A DNA stretch of 64,000 bases. It comes from Welwitschia mirabilis (lineage: Eukaryota). Below are positions 63,220-64,000 of the stretch, piece after piece. The DNA lies in NCBI GenBank assembly GCA_051453625.1, contig JBOZIK010000001.1, forward strand, positions 28,322,032-28,386,031, given 5' to 3'. The translations under genes were made by a program, and so were the position numbers. Each line of letters starts with the position of its first letter. The first letter of the stretch is position 1. The notes below the pieces were generated by a model. It did not search any database, was not told the origin of the DNA, and saw only the letters and a program-made list of their open reading frames with translations.

Positions 63220-63910
63220 TGGTTGAAAGCTCATCCACAAGAAGAGCAAAGGAGGCTCCTTCAAGGGAACTAGCTTTCTTCTACTAAGGAATGTCAGAGG
63301 AGGATGTTGAAAAGTTCACTGAGAAGTTTGAGAAGAAGGCTGTGTGTCAAGAGTGATTTATAGCCACCTCAGAGCTAAGGGAACTCAAGGAAGTAATCCA
63401 ACTCCTAAGAGATCAAGATCTTGATCATTTCTTGGATGTTTTTGGTTTAGCTTATCCATTTCTTGCTAGAATGTTTTATTGTAATACCTGTTTTGATTGT
63501 GATACCAAAACCCTTAAAACCTTTATTTTGGGGAAGTAGATAAGAGTGATAGAAAATCTTATCTCAATGCTGAATAGTCTTCTAAGGGGAGACTATGAGG
63601 CATTTTGGCCTCTTAGGGATACCATGCAAGACAAGCTTGTGGTTACCAGGGAGTTTTGTGGTAGGTTTCATACTTGGAAGCATAATTTATCTACTTCTTT
63701 ATTGACTCCCAAATACTGTTTTCTATATTTGGTTTTCACCTATAACTTTTTACCTTTAGCTAGCCATTGGGATGAGGCCTTCTACTATCCATCTTATTTA
63801 ATGTATTTGGTAGGAACTAAGCATTCCATTAATGCTCCTGTTACAATACTAAAGAATATGGCCTTACAGCTGGGATACCATAGAACTAGGGCTTTATCCT
63901 ACTCCATCCT
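63220..63910 (+). pseudogene. Sirevirus env-like/extra ORF of the second copia
   Basis: MSEEDVEKFTEKFEKKAVCQE* ... LAYPFLARMFYCN ... LLRGDYEAFW ... PKYCFLYLVFTYNFL ... ALSYSIL aligns along its length with the extra ORF of the first copia. Confidence 0.85.
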
Positions 63911-64000
63911 AAGTTGGAAACCCTTCAACTTATATCATCCATTGGACGTGAGACCTTGTCTCACATGCATATCTTTATCCCCTCTAAGAAATCTTCTTCT

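Larger units (their letters stand above)
52471..64000 (+). mobile_element. Second Sirevirus-type copia lacking INT/RT/RH, interrupted by element C and running off the window
   Basis: LTR ~52471-54083 ending ctattcactcctcc...tatca; PBS tggtaccagagc 54086-54097; gag PPMFDESNYVYWKAKM (54150+); protease YLDSGCSRHISG (~55787); env-like relic 63220+. Confidence 0.85.

Overview
Very AT-rich, gappy land-plant nuclear DNA, about 95% decayed retrotransposons, arranged as a nested stack that can be read from PBS, PPT and TSD signals. An old Athila-type gypsy pol relic lies at ~6.4-10 kb. An L1-type LINE starts near 10.6 kb and reaches its poly-A at ~44.4 kb. It is split by a ~208-bp tandem repeat, into which Athila element A inserted (14176-31415, +); Athila element B then inserted into A's 3' LTR (21782-31181, -). 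A Sirevirus-type copia (33450-44393, -) sits just before the LINE poly-A. A second LINE fragment carries a 0.9-kb tandem duplication. A second Sirevirus lacking INT/RT/RH (52471 to window end, +) carries Athila element C (56220-62856, -). The only host gene is a CpG-rich island at ~48.6-49.5 kb encoding a ZAT/C1-2i-like C2H2 zinc-finger protein. Its ORF is open through finger 1, but finger 2 and the EAR repressor motif survive only as an in-frame relic behind three stops. Main observations: (1) a ~155-nt multi-stem RNA structure with pairing-preserving changes, conserved in the 3' region of all three pol-less Athila elements; (2) the truncated, EAR-less zinc-finger gene; (3) non-autonomous elements that lost pol but kept other ORFs; (4) pervasive C>T/G>A decay. 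All alignments and translations were done by eye and relic boundaries are approximate.
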